From Vicugna vicugna (lineage: Eukaryota): a DNA stretch of 64,000 nt. Every line of letters begins with the position of its first letter. The first letter of the stretch is position 1. Below are positions 10,866 through 23,395 of this stretch, in pieces. The position numbers were made by a program, and so were the translations under genes. The notes beneath the pieces were generated by a model that was not told the DNA's origin, made no database searches, and saw only the letters and a list, made by a program, of their open reading frames with translations. The stretch spans positions 186,001 through 250,000 of the forward strand of contig MU061560.1 in NCBI GenBank assembly GCA_013265495.1. The letters are read 5' to 3'.

Positions 10866-13351
10866 TTGATGAGCATCATTTGCCAGCTGTGAAGCCTTGG
10901 GCAGGGTACACAACCTCTCTGTGCCTTCATTTCCTCATCTATAAAACAAGAATATTATCATTATCATTACCTTCAATCTCCTGGGATTATTGTTAAGGGG
11001 CAAATTAGTAAATACATGTAAAAAGCTGAGAACAGGACTTGGCATTCAAGTCATGTTATCTTTAAAAAAAAAAAGGTGAAGAAAAGGACAATGAGTTAGG
11101 AACCAACCTTTCTATCTGTTCACCAAGTTGGACATCAGGGGCTTGTAACTGGGTTTGTCTTCAGCATCCAAAGGCTGTGGTTGTGGGGGAAATAAATTGT
11201 CAGTGAAGTTTGTGTAGCTCTTTCTAGCACGTGGCCATGGGCTCAGCCTCCTCATGACAATAGGCTGCTCTATCCAGGGACTTTATTAGGAGAAATTAGA
11301 AGACAGACTAGAGAATTATTAAGGATGTGCTTCGTACTTATTAAAAATTGTTAGAGAGGTCATAAAAAGCTAAAATGTCACAAAAGAAAAACTGCAAAGT
11401 TGAGCTGGGTATGCACTACAGTGCCAAACCATCCAACTTCCCTCCCCTGGCGATGAGAGAAAGCATTTCTAAAATGAGGTTATTTTAATAGATATAGTGA
11501 TTTGCTTAACTTGGTTTACTAAAAATTGTCTGTGCAAGCTGATTATGTAGCCATGGCATCAGTTGGGTTTCCATGGTTACAAAAATAGTTACTCTTCCAC
11601 AAACAGCCTTCACAACGGAGAAGTATGTGATTATGATCTTAAAATTGCCTTGTGATTCAAGAAATTTCATTTCAACCTAAAGAACAAAACTTCATGTTTT
11701 TGTTTTGTTTTGTTTTATTCTGGAATTGGTCATGTTTTAAAAGGAAAAGAGAAGACAGCGAATGGGGATGTCTATTAACTGTATGTGGTGTGCTTTGTTT
11801 TCAGAACAACACACAACCATCCTCAGTTAATAAGATGACAATTTACTCCGGAGGACCCACATGCTGACCCCAGCATCAATTCTGTGTTCCTGGTGGCCCC
11901 TTGTCCATTGCCTGTGACTGTTATTTCCCTCAGGTCCTTCCACTACCTTCTCCTCTCTCAGCAAGTGACTTGAGACAGAGAAAACAGAGTCCCTTATCTT
12001 ACTCAAACAGATAAAAGGAAAAATATAAAGACCTCAATAAGAAAATTGCAAAAAGATGGAAAGAGAGAGAAGAAATATAAATGATAAGTAAATGTAGTGA
12101 TTTGGGTTGGAAGGTTCATTTTCATTAGTTATCAACAAAATGTAGGTTGAAATGACAATAAAATGATATTCTTCCTTTACCTGTTAAATCAGCAAGGATT
12201 TTTAAAAGTAACAGTACTTATTGCTGATAAAGGCATGGGGAAACTGAAATTTCTTCTGCTTCAAGTGATGTGGAAATTAGCACACAGCTTTCAAAACATG
12301 CATGCTCTTTGACCCAGTAATTTCACTTGGAGTAAGTTCTGTACAAGGTGAATCTCCAATCATAGGAGAGTGATTGCAATGATTTTTTTAAAGTATTTTA
12401 AAATTTCGTTTAAAGCACTATGAGCTAAGAAGAAATCTGAGGTCTTTGCCTGTATCTTGTCATGTCATCTTTATCAGAACTCCGTGAAGCAGACACCACT
12501 ATTCCCTTCCTACAAACAAAGAGTTACGAAGAAAAGAAGCAAGTTGCTTGCCCAAGGGCACACGGACAGGAAGTGGCTTCAACTCTGGAGCTAGACCCTC
12601 AACCACTATTAAGGGTCTAAACTTATGGCAGCAGGCAGAGCTATATAACATACAAGATCACTTTTAAAGAAGAGAGAAAAATAATGATGGGGACATAACA
12701 CAGGGGATGAGGCTAAAAATATATATAATGCAACCTATGCACTTGCTAAAAGAAGGTCACAAATCTGCCTAGAAGTTTTCTAGCACCTCGTGGATGAAAG
12801 AAAATCTGATCAGTTACACAACTCCCCGTACTCATGAGATAAAAGCAGGCCACTGGCTCCGGAAAAGACCAAGTGTTCGTGGTAGGAAGCACAGACACGG
12901 ATTTGTTCCACAGACATAGAAGGTTCTCATAAAAAGAGACACTCCGTGAGGTCATGGCTAGTGACTTTAACAGCATCCTGGTGTAGACGAGATGACCACT
13001 TCCACTGGGTTGAGTTTTCCAGCTCTTCTCGCAGGGCCTCATGACTCAGCACCAGACCCCGGCAGCAGGCAAGCAGGATGTGGGCAGCATCTTGGATATG
13101 TACTGGTCTAAAGATTATAGAGCACCTGAGAGTGAATGGGCAGATTTTTTAAAAATAATCTTCCCTTTGATAATTAAAAGCATGAGACTGAGATTGTGTT
13201 TTTCAACAAGTGCCTAGAAATCAGTACCTATTTTGTTACATAGGTTTTATACGCCTTAGGGCCATTGGATTGGAGGTAGGAATGGTAAATATTATTATAA
13301 TATGAAAAGGTCAATTATATAGTTTTAAAGGTGATGCTTAGAAACTAGTTT

Positions 13352-13965
13352 TGTTAGAGCAGGCAGAGAGCTAGATATGAGCAGAGAAAGGGGGACACAG
13401 CCAAATGCAGGAAACCCTACATCATGGAAGCCAGGGGTCCCTGGGCAGAGAAAGAAAAGCAGGAACCTTTGGGCTGATATGCGGCCACACTTTTTGGGGT
13501 GATAAGTGGCCTGGAGACCAACAAAGAAAGATCAGAAAAAAGCAGGAACTTCCAGTGTCCAGATGTAAGCTTTTGTTTATTACGCCCTCATTTCAATAAA
13601 ATTAGCCTTGCAGGTCAGAAGTACCCATCATGCACCGATGCCATGACCCTTCAGATCCAGACTAAATAAAGACAAAAACCCCTCCTCCCTTTGGGAAGGT
13701 GGAGTTGGGATGGGATGNNNNNNNNNNNNNNNNNNNNNNNNNNNNNNNNNNNNNNNNNNNNNNNNNNNNNNNNNNNNNNNNNNNNNNNNNNNNNNNNNNN
13801 NNNNNNNNNAGGGCAGCCGCTGAGCCTGCCTGCTCTCCCCTTGAGAGTGTACTGTCCATCCTTTAATAGAGCCTCACTTTACTTTTCTTAACCTCTATGT
13901 CTTATCTCTGAATTCTTTCTGGGACGGGAAAGAACCTGGAACACCAGTTGGATTCACCGGCAACA
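13352..13965 (+). mobile_element. Solo LTR family B (contains a 92-N gap)
   Basis: TGTTAG...CAACA termini, 4-bp TSD GTTT (13348-13351 / 13966-13969). Confidence 0.88.
13718..13809. other. Assembly gap (92 N)
   Basis: Run of n. Confidence 1.
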
Positions 13966-15587
13966 GTTTGAGAATGTGAAAATTTTCTCGCACTAAAATA
14001 TTAAATAAAGCAGAACACACAACTGTCTATAACATATGATCCAACTATGTTTAAAATCTATAGTAGCAAGATATGAATCTTCAGCTTTTCTTAACAAAGA
14101 ATCATTTTTTTCTCTTTTGTTTACTATAATAGAAGAATGGAAGGTACTTTCTAGATGGACTGGAATATCTCAGAAAGAGGCACCAGGTTTCAGTTACTAG
14201 TTGCTTGGGTCCTAAGTTTGGCCATCAAACCCAGGAGAAAGAAGAAGAAAATGGGTTTTGATTTGATTTGATGCATTTGGGTTGCAGGAGAAAATGCAGG
14301 GAGGCATAAGGACCATGTGGAAGAAACAGATTGGGGAGCAGGTTAGGAACAGGCAAGATTTCCAGAGGGGCCTTCAGCAACCTAGAAGTTGATCCCTGAA
14401 GTTGCCCGTGAAATAAGGCCCTGGGCTAAGAGACTTCTGTGCTCAAGGGAGGTTGGTTGCTGAGCCCTGACACCCAGTCAGATAGAACTACCCTGGCCTT
14501 GAATAACTGTATGCTCCTCCCTGGCGCCGGGGGCTACACCAGTTTCTTCTCAGAGACAGAGAGAAGTAGCTCCTTCCAGAATTTGTGTAAGTTGGTAACT
14601 GCCTCCCCACAAGGCTTTGCTGGCTCCTTCATTCATTACCCTGTATGAGCATCCTTTGTAACCACAGTCTAGGATACCAGTATGAGGAAGGGTTGGGTAT
14701 CTCCTGTACCTAGACGGAGCAGGTTGAGCTAGACAAGCCTGAGATTACTTTGTGTTCACACACACGTGCTCACACACATACGGAACACAGGGTACTGGGA
14801 AAAGCTACATCTCCGTGAAGGATCCCACCCACTTCCCCCACATGCCCCCTAAATGTGGGGTTGCCCTGGACCCATTCTCAGCCCTTCTCTTCATGCTAGA
14901 TCCTCTTGCTGGGCTCTTTCAGTTTCCACAGAAATTCCGATGCATATTCAACCTGAAGTCTCCACTATGAGCCTCCTTAGATTACAGTTTAAAAATATCT
15001 AAAATAGTTTCCACAGAGGAGCACATCTAGCTTCCCGTCTCTGAGCTTTTTATCTTTGTCTTTGTTTTTGTTCATCAGTGTCTAAATTCTTAACAAATAC
15101 TGTTCCATTGTAAGAAAGAGGATCCTGGGGAAGGAGAAAGAAATCAGTGCTTATAAACATCCTGTCCAGTCTATGAAGGAAGTGTCTTCATTCCTATTTA
15201 TAAAGAAGAAAATTGAGACTTGGAGCAGGTGAGTACCTTGTACAAGATCAAACAGCTTGAGGGGAGGATGACTAAAGTCAAGTCCATCTATTTCCCTAAG
15301 AAAAGAAGGCTGACAGTTTCATGCTGGGAAGTCAAACTTCTTGTCCCCAGAATTTGGGATGCCGTCCTAACCGGGAAATACTAACCCTTCCCCCAGGACG
15401 TGTTGGTGCCTGAGACTGAGTCACTGTGACCTTTCAGCCTTTTAATACCGAGTAGAGGCTGTGACCTTCTGGCTTCTTCTACCCTTTAACACCACCTGGG
15501 ACCTCAGCCTGTCTGGCAAAGTTATCCTACAGGATGCACACTATAAAGAGAAACCCTCCTCCTCCTGCGGGTCCCCTTTGCTCTCAC

Positions 15588-17050
15588 ATTACTGCCACAC
15601 CGCTGCACCCCGACACCAGATGTGTGGGTTTTCCACACATCAAGCAATTCTGCACCCCCAGCGGAGTGTCCCACAAAGTGAAATGTCAGCGTTTGGGGCA
15701 GGAAAAGGTTTCTTGCAAGGGCCAAGGAGAGAGAACAAACAGGCAGCTGGAGCTCAAAAGACCTGAACTCTGAACGGGTTTCAGGGAAGAGTTTTTAAAG
15801 GCAAATTTGGGGCGAGGGCTGCCGGGTGTGTGACCTTCCTCTGATGGCTGGTAGTGACGTGCGTAACAGGGTGGTGTTCCGGGAATCCCAATCGTTAACT
15901 TTCTGGTTCCGCCCAGTTTGGGCGCCACATGCTGTGCTCAGCCTGAAGTTATCATCCTCCACCTGGGGGGTGGGGGGGCTGTAGTTCCTGCAGAAGAACT
16001 TAGAGATATGCATCCGATTGTTATGTATCTCTCTCTTTTTTCTTTTTTCAGTTTTTTTAAAATTTTTTATTTTAAGGAGCAGGGAGGTTATCATGTTTAT
16101 TTATTTTAATGGAGGTACTTGGGTTTGAACCCAGGACCTCGGGCATGCTAAGCACACACTCTACCACTTGAGCTGTACCCCCCCCCCGCCCCCCGCCGCA
16201 CCCCGCAGATTGTTATGTGAATCTCTTTGGGAGGACCTGGGACTCTGCTTTATCAAACTGTTTGAATCTGCTCTTTGGAACCCAGGGGAGATCTAGGAAG
16301 CTGAAGCCTTTTTCCTACAAACACGAATTGAAGGACATGGTCCTGTTCAGTTTCACCACAGCTATAAATCAGAGGTTCCCACACCCCAGTCTTCAGTTTT
16401 GATTAGTTTTTTTTTAGAGCAGCTCATAGAATTCAAGAAAAGAGTTTACTTATTAGATTCCTGATTTATTATAACGGACATAATAAAGGAAACAGGTAAA
16501 CAGCCAGAGGAAGAGATGCAGAGGGCAAGGTCTGCAAGGGTCTTCAGCACAGGGGCTTCTGTCCTTATGGACTGGGGTGTGCTACCTTCCCGGAGTCACC
16601 AATCCAGAAGCTTCCCAAACCACATCTTTTGGGGCTTTTATGGAGGCTTCATTACACAGGCACAACTGTTTAAATCATCAACCAATGGTGACTGATTCAA
16701 CTTCCAAGCCCTCGCCCCTCCCTGAAGGTCAGGATGCAGGAGCTGAAGGTTCCAACCCTCTAATTTTGATTGGGCCCTTAGCAACCAGCCCCCATCCTTT
16801 GGGGCATACCAAAAGTCACCTACCTCATTCACATAAACTCAGGTGTGGTTGAAAGGGACTTGTTATGAATAACCAGATGCTCTTTCACCTTTGTAGATCT
16901 GGAGCTATTTCAGGAACAAAGACCAAATACTGTAGCAAAAGATGCTCCCACTGCTCACATCACTTAGGAAATTCTATGGGTGTGAAGAGCTCTGTGCCAA
17001 AAAACTGGGCAATCAAATCTACGTTTCTATTATAAATCACAATACCATAC
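15588..17050. mobile_element. MER21-like LTR carrying a nested LTR (~15667-16356) that itself carries a SINE
   Basis: gacaccagatgtgtgggttttccacac at the left end and tattataaatcacaatac at the right end resemble MER21 ends; the internal block is unrelated. Confidence 0.65.
16030..16190 (-). mobile_element. tRNA-derived SINE (Vic-1-like)
   Basis: Same consensus; flanking repeat gattgttatgt. Confidence 0.85.
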
Positions 17051-17425
17051 ACTTCTGATTTTAAAATTCCCTATAGAGCAACAATAATCAATCTCCATGG
17101 TTCTGGCACAAGGACAGACATATAAATCAACGAATAGAATTAAGAATTTAGAAATAAACCCAAATGTCTATCGTCAACTGACTTTTGACCAGAGTGCCAA
17201 GACCATTCAGTGCAGAAAAAATAATTTTTAACAAGTTGTGCTGGGACAACTGGATAGCCACATGTAAAAGATGAAATCATACCCTTCTCACTCAATGTAG
17301 AGAAATTAAATTCAAAATGGATTGAAGACCTATAACTATAAGAAGTAAAACGATTAAAATGCTTAGAATGAAACATAGGGCTAAATCTTGATGATGTCAA
17401 ATTTGGCAATGGATTCTTAGCGATG
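17051..17425 (+). mobile_element. Old L1 ORF2 fragment
   Basis: Decayed 'WFWHKDRHINQ.NRI..LEINP' L1 ORF2 motif. Confidence 0.75.
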
Positions 17426-17951
17426 GAAGGGGAGAAGGACCCTTACTAGGAATTGTGCCCACTTTTTAAACCCAGTTAGCCAGCTCCTACTCACTGGCAA
17501 GTATTTAATATACTAATTTAAATGGCCACCTTTATTACATGACCATGTGCACAGCAAGAAATTGGAGATGCACTCACTACAGGAGTAGGGAGTAGATGTT
17601 GCGAGACACCTAGGAGTTGGCCATATTCCATGATTTAACTTATCACCTACCTTTCCATCAATATCCTCAATTTCCCTGTCTCTGCATCCCCTTGCACACT
17701 CACTCACAAAACTCTAACCCTACATTTTTAAGTTGAAATATAACCAGTTTTCAATGTTATGTTGATTTCTGGTGTACAGCATAGTGATTCTTTTATACAT
17801 ATATGTATTTCTTTTCATATTCTTTTCCAAGGTATTGAATATAGTTCCCTGTGCTAAACAGTAGGACTTTGTTGTTTATCTCTTATCCAAAATTAATATA
17901 ACTACCACCATCTCTACTCTTACACTTGATCCTCTGAAAAAAGCCATACAA

Positions 17952-18097
17952 GGGGGGAGGGTATAGCTCAAGTGGCAGAGCACATGCTTAGCATGTATGA
18001 GGTCCTGGGTTCAATACCTGGTACCTCCTCTAAAAATAAAGAAATAAATAGACCTAATTACCTACCCACCCCCCCCAATTTTTTTTAATTAAAAAAA
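17952..18097 (+). mobile_element. tRNA-derived SINE (Vic-1-like)
   Basis: Same consensus. Confidence 0.88.
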
Positions 18098-18129
18098 GTT
18101 ATCCAAAAAATCCACACAGTTGTATGGCT

Positions 18130-18491
18130 TTTAAACATACACATACATACATACATTCATTTTCATGTTCTTTTTCACTATATGTTACTACAAACTATTG
18201 AATATAGTTCCCTGTGCTGTACAGTAGAAACTCACTGTTTATTTTATAGATAGTAGTTAGTATCTGCAAATCTTGAACTCCCAATTTATCCCTTCCCATC
18301 CTCCTCCCCCACTGGTAATCGTAAGTTTGTTTCCTGTGTCTGTGAGTCTGTTTCTGTTTTGTAAATAAGTTCGTTTGTCTCTTTTTTTAGATTCCACATA
18401 TGAGCGATCTCATATGGTATTTTTCTTCCTCTTTCTGGCTCACTTCACTTAGAGTGACAATCTCCAGATCCATCCCTGTTGCTGCAAATGG
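18130..18491 (-). mobile_element. L1 3'-UTR fragment (young artiodactyl type)
   Basis: Highly similar to 60763-61178. Confidence 0.8.
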
Positions 18492-19189
18492 ATGGGGCTT
18501 TCAGTGCCTCTGTAAATTCATGATTTTTAACTTCAGCTGGGCTCTTGACTCGGCTGGATAACAAAAATTTATTCAGAAATAATCTTTGTGATTCTTTAAT
18601 CCTTTGATCCATGGTATCTTGTAAAACCTTAGGTGGATTTGTCACTTTAACTTCCAGCATATAGCTTTGCTCATTAAAGCAGTCCTCAATAAACTTTATA
18701 AAACAGAGGACTTGGTATTCTGAAACAGTTGACTCGGAACATTACCCCAGACCAAGAAAATCAAAGGCTGGTCAGTGGACAAATTCTAAAGAAATAATAC
18801 CTGATAGTCAGAATTTTTAAGTCTTCTTTTAGTGAAAGAATAAGTTATGTTAACCTGTGTACTGCAGTGTGCTGCAAATTCTTCTGGTTGTTTTTAGTCA
18901 GAATAGATGGAGGATGGATTTAATAATGAAGAAAGCATTAATGAGATGAGATTGTCCCCGAAATAGGCAAATGCTGACAGCAAAAATGATAAAAATTAAG
19001 AATTTTGAAGAAAACATTATTTAGAAAGTAAAGGAAAGAAACAGATGAAAAAATGCAATCCCAACTAAAATTAAATTGAACACTTTGAGAATATCAGTGC
19101 CTTTCTGGTGGGGGAGATGTCAAGGATACAGACTGTGGCTAAGCAGCAGCCCCAGGCGATCTGATTGCCACTGACGTGGAAGATGTAAA

Positions 19190-19405
19190 ACAGGGAGATT
19201 TGCAGACACTAATATATATATAAAATAGATAAACAAGTTTATACTGCATAGCACAGGGAACTATATTCAAAATCTTGTAGTAGCTCACGGTGAAAAAGAA
19301 TATGAAAATGAATATATGTATATTCATGTATGACTGAAACACTGTGCTGTACACCAGAAAGTGACACATTGCAAACTGACTATACCTCAATTAAAAAATA
19401 AAAAA
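19190..19405 (+). mobile_element. L1 3'-end fragment
   Basis: Same tail motif as 10660-10865, with an A-rich end. Confidence 0.8.
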
Positions 19406-19479
19406 GAACCACATACACAAAAAGAAAAAACCAGGGAGAGAACAGCTATTTGGCTGTTTCTCCAACCCCTCCTCACTGA

Positions 19480-20075
19480 CACAAAATACTCCAGCTTTTA
19501 TTAATCAGCGTCATGCGTCTTAGAAGAGACAAAAGACAGATGAGGTAGCAGAGCTGAGAGAGCTCCCTGAATAAACACACAAAACAGAAGACAGGGCTCA
19601 GGAAGTCATGTGAGCAGAGGGGCAGTACATTCTGGGAGTGAGCCGGGACCCAGAGATGCTCCAGGATCTGGGCCAAGGGCAGCCACCAAGAGGGCTGGTT
19701 TTTTTTTTTTGTTTTTTTTTAAATTAAAATTAGTTGATTTACAATATTTTGTTAATTTCTGGTGTCCAGCATAGTGACCTAGTTTATACAAACACACACA
19801 CACACACACACACACACATATTTTAATATTCTTTTCAATTATGGTTTATTACAGGAAGCAGAGGATTGGTATTTGAGCAGCTTGGAAATGAAGTCCTGGC
19901 TTCAGAGGGCATTGGTGGAGAAAACCTCATGTCTACCTTGAGGATGCATTTGGAGGTCTCAGTGAGTGAGGTGCTTTCGAAGGGTGCAATTCCCACCAGC
20001 AGTTGATAGCAGAGCATTCCAGTGTACAAAGATCCGCCTTCTCATTGTACAACTTCCCCTCCATCGTTTCTGCAG
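19480..20075 (-). pseudogene. AURKC: Aurora kinase C processed pseudogene, 5'-truncated, frameshifted, interrupted by an L1 tail
   Basis: Minus strand across frameshifts reads AETMEGKLYNEKADL/YTGMLCYQLLVGIAPFESTSLTETSKCILKVDMRFSPPMPSEA/DFISKLLKYQ..[insert]..QPSWWLPLAQILEHLWVPAHSQNVLP/AHMTS*. This matches the AURKC C-terminus as recalled (EMIEGRTYDEKVDLWCIGVLCYELLVG...LAQILKHPWVQAHSRRVLPPCAQMAS*). Stop at 19598-19600, AURKC-like 3' UTR with AATAAA at 19497-19502. Confidence 0.88.
19699..19857 (-). mobile_element. Short L1 3'-end fragment inserted in the AURKC pseudogene
   Basis: L1 tail motif with (CA)n and a poly-T run at 19699-19720; degenerate TSD around the YQP codons. Confidence 0.75.
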
Positions 20076-20204
20076 TCATGGAGTTATCTGCTCAGGCTGT
20101 CTCCAATCTTAAGCTTCTCTTCTTGCTTCACTCACCTATCGTCTGGTTTCCACCTTCTCTGTTCCACAGAAGCTACTCCTGTCAAGAGTATGTTACCTCC
20201 GAGG

Positions 20205-20468
20205 GATGTAATGTACAATGCGATCAATATAATCAACACTGCTGTATGTTACATGTAAAAATCGTTGAGAGTAAGTTCTCATCGCAAGAAAAAAATTTTT
20301 TTCTATTTCTTAAATTTTGTACCTATGTGAGATGATGGATGTTCACTAAACTTACTGTGATAATTGCTCCATGAAGTGTACAAGTCAAATCATTATACTG
20401 TACTCTGTAAACTTACACGGTGCTGTGTATCAGTTATATCTCAATACAACTGGAAGGAAAAAATAAAT
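20205..20468 (+). mobile_element. L1MA-type 3'-end fragment
   Basis: gttctcatcgcaagaaaaaa...gatgatggatgttcactaaacttactgtg tail. Confidence 0.7.
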
Positions 20469-20489
20469 TTCTGTGCAAAATTTTTAAAA

Positions 20490-22305
20490 AAAACCTATAC
20501 ACGGAGAACTATAAAACATTGGTAAAGGAAACTGAAGATGATTCAAAGAAATGGAAAGTTATTCCATGCTCTTGAATTGGAAGACTCAATATTGTTAAAA
20601 TGGCCATACTACTCAAAGCAAGCTACAGATTTAATGAGACCCCTATCAAATTATCTGTGACATTTTTCACAGAACTAGAACAAAGAATCCTAAAATTTAT
20701 ATGGAACAACAAAAAACCCAGAATTGCCAAAGCAATCCTAAGGGAAAGAACAAAGCTGGAAGCGTAAGCTTCCCAGACTTCAGACAATACTACAAAGCTA
20801 TAGTAATCAACACAGCATGGCATTGTCACAGAAACAGATATATAGATAAATGGAACAGAATAGAGAGACCAGAAATAAACCCACACAGCTATGGTCGATT
20901 ATTCTTTGACAAAGGAGGCAAGAATATACAACGGAGAAAAAACAGTCTCTTCAGTGAGTGGTGTTGGGGAAACTGGACACACACATGTAAATCAATGATG
21001 TTACAACACTCTTCACACCACACACAAAAATAAACTCAAAATGGTTTAAAGACCTAAATATAATACATGACACCATAAAACTCCTAGAAGAGAACATAGG
21101 CAAAACATTCTTTGACATAAATTGTAGCAGTATTTTCTTAGATCAGTCTCCCAAGGCAAAAATAATAAGAGCAAAACAAAACAAATGGGACCTAATCAGA
21201 CTTGAAAGCTTTTGCACAGCAAAGGAAACCATAAAGAAAACGTAAAGACAACCTATGGCTTGGGAGAAAATATTTGCTAATGATGTGACAGACAAGGGCT
21301 TAATTTTCAAAACATATAAACAGCTCATACTACGTGATGTCAAAAAACAAACAACCCAATCAAAAAGTGGCCAGAAGACCCGCATAGCCATTTCTCCAAA
21401 GAAGACATACAGGTAGCCACAGGCACCTGAAAAGATGCTCAACATGGCTAGTTATTAGAGAAATGCAAATAATAGCTACAAAGAGTTATCTTCTCACACC
21501 AGTCAGAATGGCCATCATCAAAAAGTCCACAAACAATAAATGCTGGAGAGGGTGTGAAGAAAAGGGAACCTTCACACACTGTTGATGGGAGTGTAAATTG
21601 GTGCAGCCACTATGGAAAACAGGATGGAGGTTCCTTAAAAAACTAAAAACAGAGATACCATATGATCCAGAAATCCCAGTACTGGGCATATATCCAAAAA
21701 GACGAAAAATGTAATTCGAAAAGATACACGCACTCTTGTGCTCATGGCAGCACTATTTTACAATAGCCAAGACATGAAAGCAGCCTAAGTGAATGAACAG
21801 TGAACAGATGAATGGATAAAGAAGTTTTTGTGTACACACACACACACACAGACACACACACAATGGAATACTACTCAGCCATAAAAAGGAATGAAATAGT
21901 GCCATTTGCAGCAACATGGATGGACCTAGAGATTATCATACTGAGTGAAGTAAGTCTTACTTAAAGAAAGACAAATATTATATGATGTCACTTGTATGTG
22001 GGATCTCAAAAATTATATAAATGAATTTATTTACAAAAGAAAGAAGACTCATAGAGATAGAAAACAAAGGGGAAAGGTGGGGAGGGAAGGATAAATAAAT
22101 TAGGAGTACAGGATTAATATGTACACACCACTATATATAAAATAGATAAACAATAAAGATTCACTGCAGAGCACAAGGAACTATATTCAATATTTGCTAA
22201 TAACCTATGCTGGAAAAGAATCTGAAAAAATATGTAATTGAATCACTTTGCTGTACACCTGAAATCAGCACAACATCGTAAACCAACTATACATCAATTT
22301 AAAAA
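20490..22305 (+). mobile_element. 5'-truncated L1 (ORF2 C-terminal part plus 3' UTR), decayed
   Basis: ORF-track peptides (PDFRQYYKAIVINTAWHCHRNRYIDKWNRIERPEINP) are L1 ORF2; stops and frameshifts; L1 tail. Confidence 0.92.
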
Positions 22306-22539
22306 CGTATATATCCCTTTTAATAGTATATACACACACACATATATGACTATGAATATAAATGTACCATATTAATTTATATATGGTTACTTGTATGTAG
22401 AATAATTTGTTTCAGGTAAAAATAAAGACAAGAATTAATTAAGTTCAAAAAATTTTTTAAATAAAATAAAATAAAGTTTACTGTACTCTTAGAAAAGGAA
22501 GGAGTACCCACCCCCGTGTTGCCAAATTCAGTGACGTTT

Positions 22540-23395
22540 CTCAGTCCGCATGTTACTTGACCTTGATCTCCCAATGGCATTGACTTGGTCCTTGTTCTTT
22601 CACCCCTCAAACCATCTCCTCTTTTGTTCCCTTTTGTTCTCTCCTGATTTTCCTCCTACCACACTGACTGGTCCCTTGTCTGCAGGCTTTTCCTCTCCAA
22701 TTCAGCCTTTACTTGGGGTTTCTCAAGGTTAGGTCCTCAAAGCGTTCTCTTCTCTATTATACTCTTTTCCCAAACAGTCTGTTCATTTTCTTTGCTTTAA
22801 ATGTCATCTACTGCTAATGACTTCCAGAGGAGGACTGTTTATACCTCCCAAGAAGTCTTTCCTTTCTTTTTTTTTTCCAGGAAGTCTTTCTTAATTTTAG
22901 TTTTTACATCCAATTGTCTATTTAACAGTTCTATTCAAATGTCTCAGAAGTGTCTAAAACTGAACATGGCCACAATAGAACTCAATCTCCTGAAACTCCC
23001 TCCCAGCCTTTCCCATCTAACTAATGGCAGACCATCATCCCAATTGCCCAAGTCAGAAAGTTAGTTTACTCATGATTCTTTTTTTTCTCTCCATCCCATA
23101 TCCAGTTTCCAACCCTCTTGAGACTTCTAACATCCCTTTTCCCAATATATCTTGAATTCCTCCACTCCTTTTTCCTACTGTCACCATCTCAGTCCAGGTC
23201 ACCATTTCCTTTCTCCTTGACAACTCCAACAGCTTTCTAAAGTGACCCTGTTTCTATCTTTTGATACCTCCTACCTTTTTCTGCAGATAGTAGTGATATT
23301 CTTAAAATACAAATCATATCGAATAATTTCATCCCTGATTAAATAACCAAAAGCCTCCCATTGCACTGAAAATAAACCCAAATTCATCATTCCTC
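22540..23395 (+). mobile_element. L2 LINE remnant
   Basis: Pyrimidine-rich L2 motifs (aaactgaacatggccacaatagaactc, ctcagtccaggtcaccatttc). Confidence 0.65.

Noticed and set aside
7007..13599. Two similar ORFs containing GSLGRERKAGTFGLI
   Set aside because: Both are translations of the same LTR family, not paralogous genes.
20701..21689. ORFs resembling a polymerase-associated protein
   Set aside because: Decayed, 5'-truncated L1 ORF2 and its antisense frames; non-functional.
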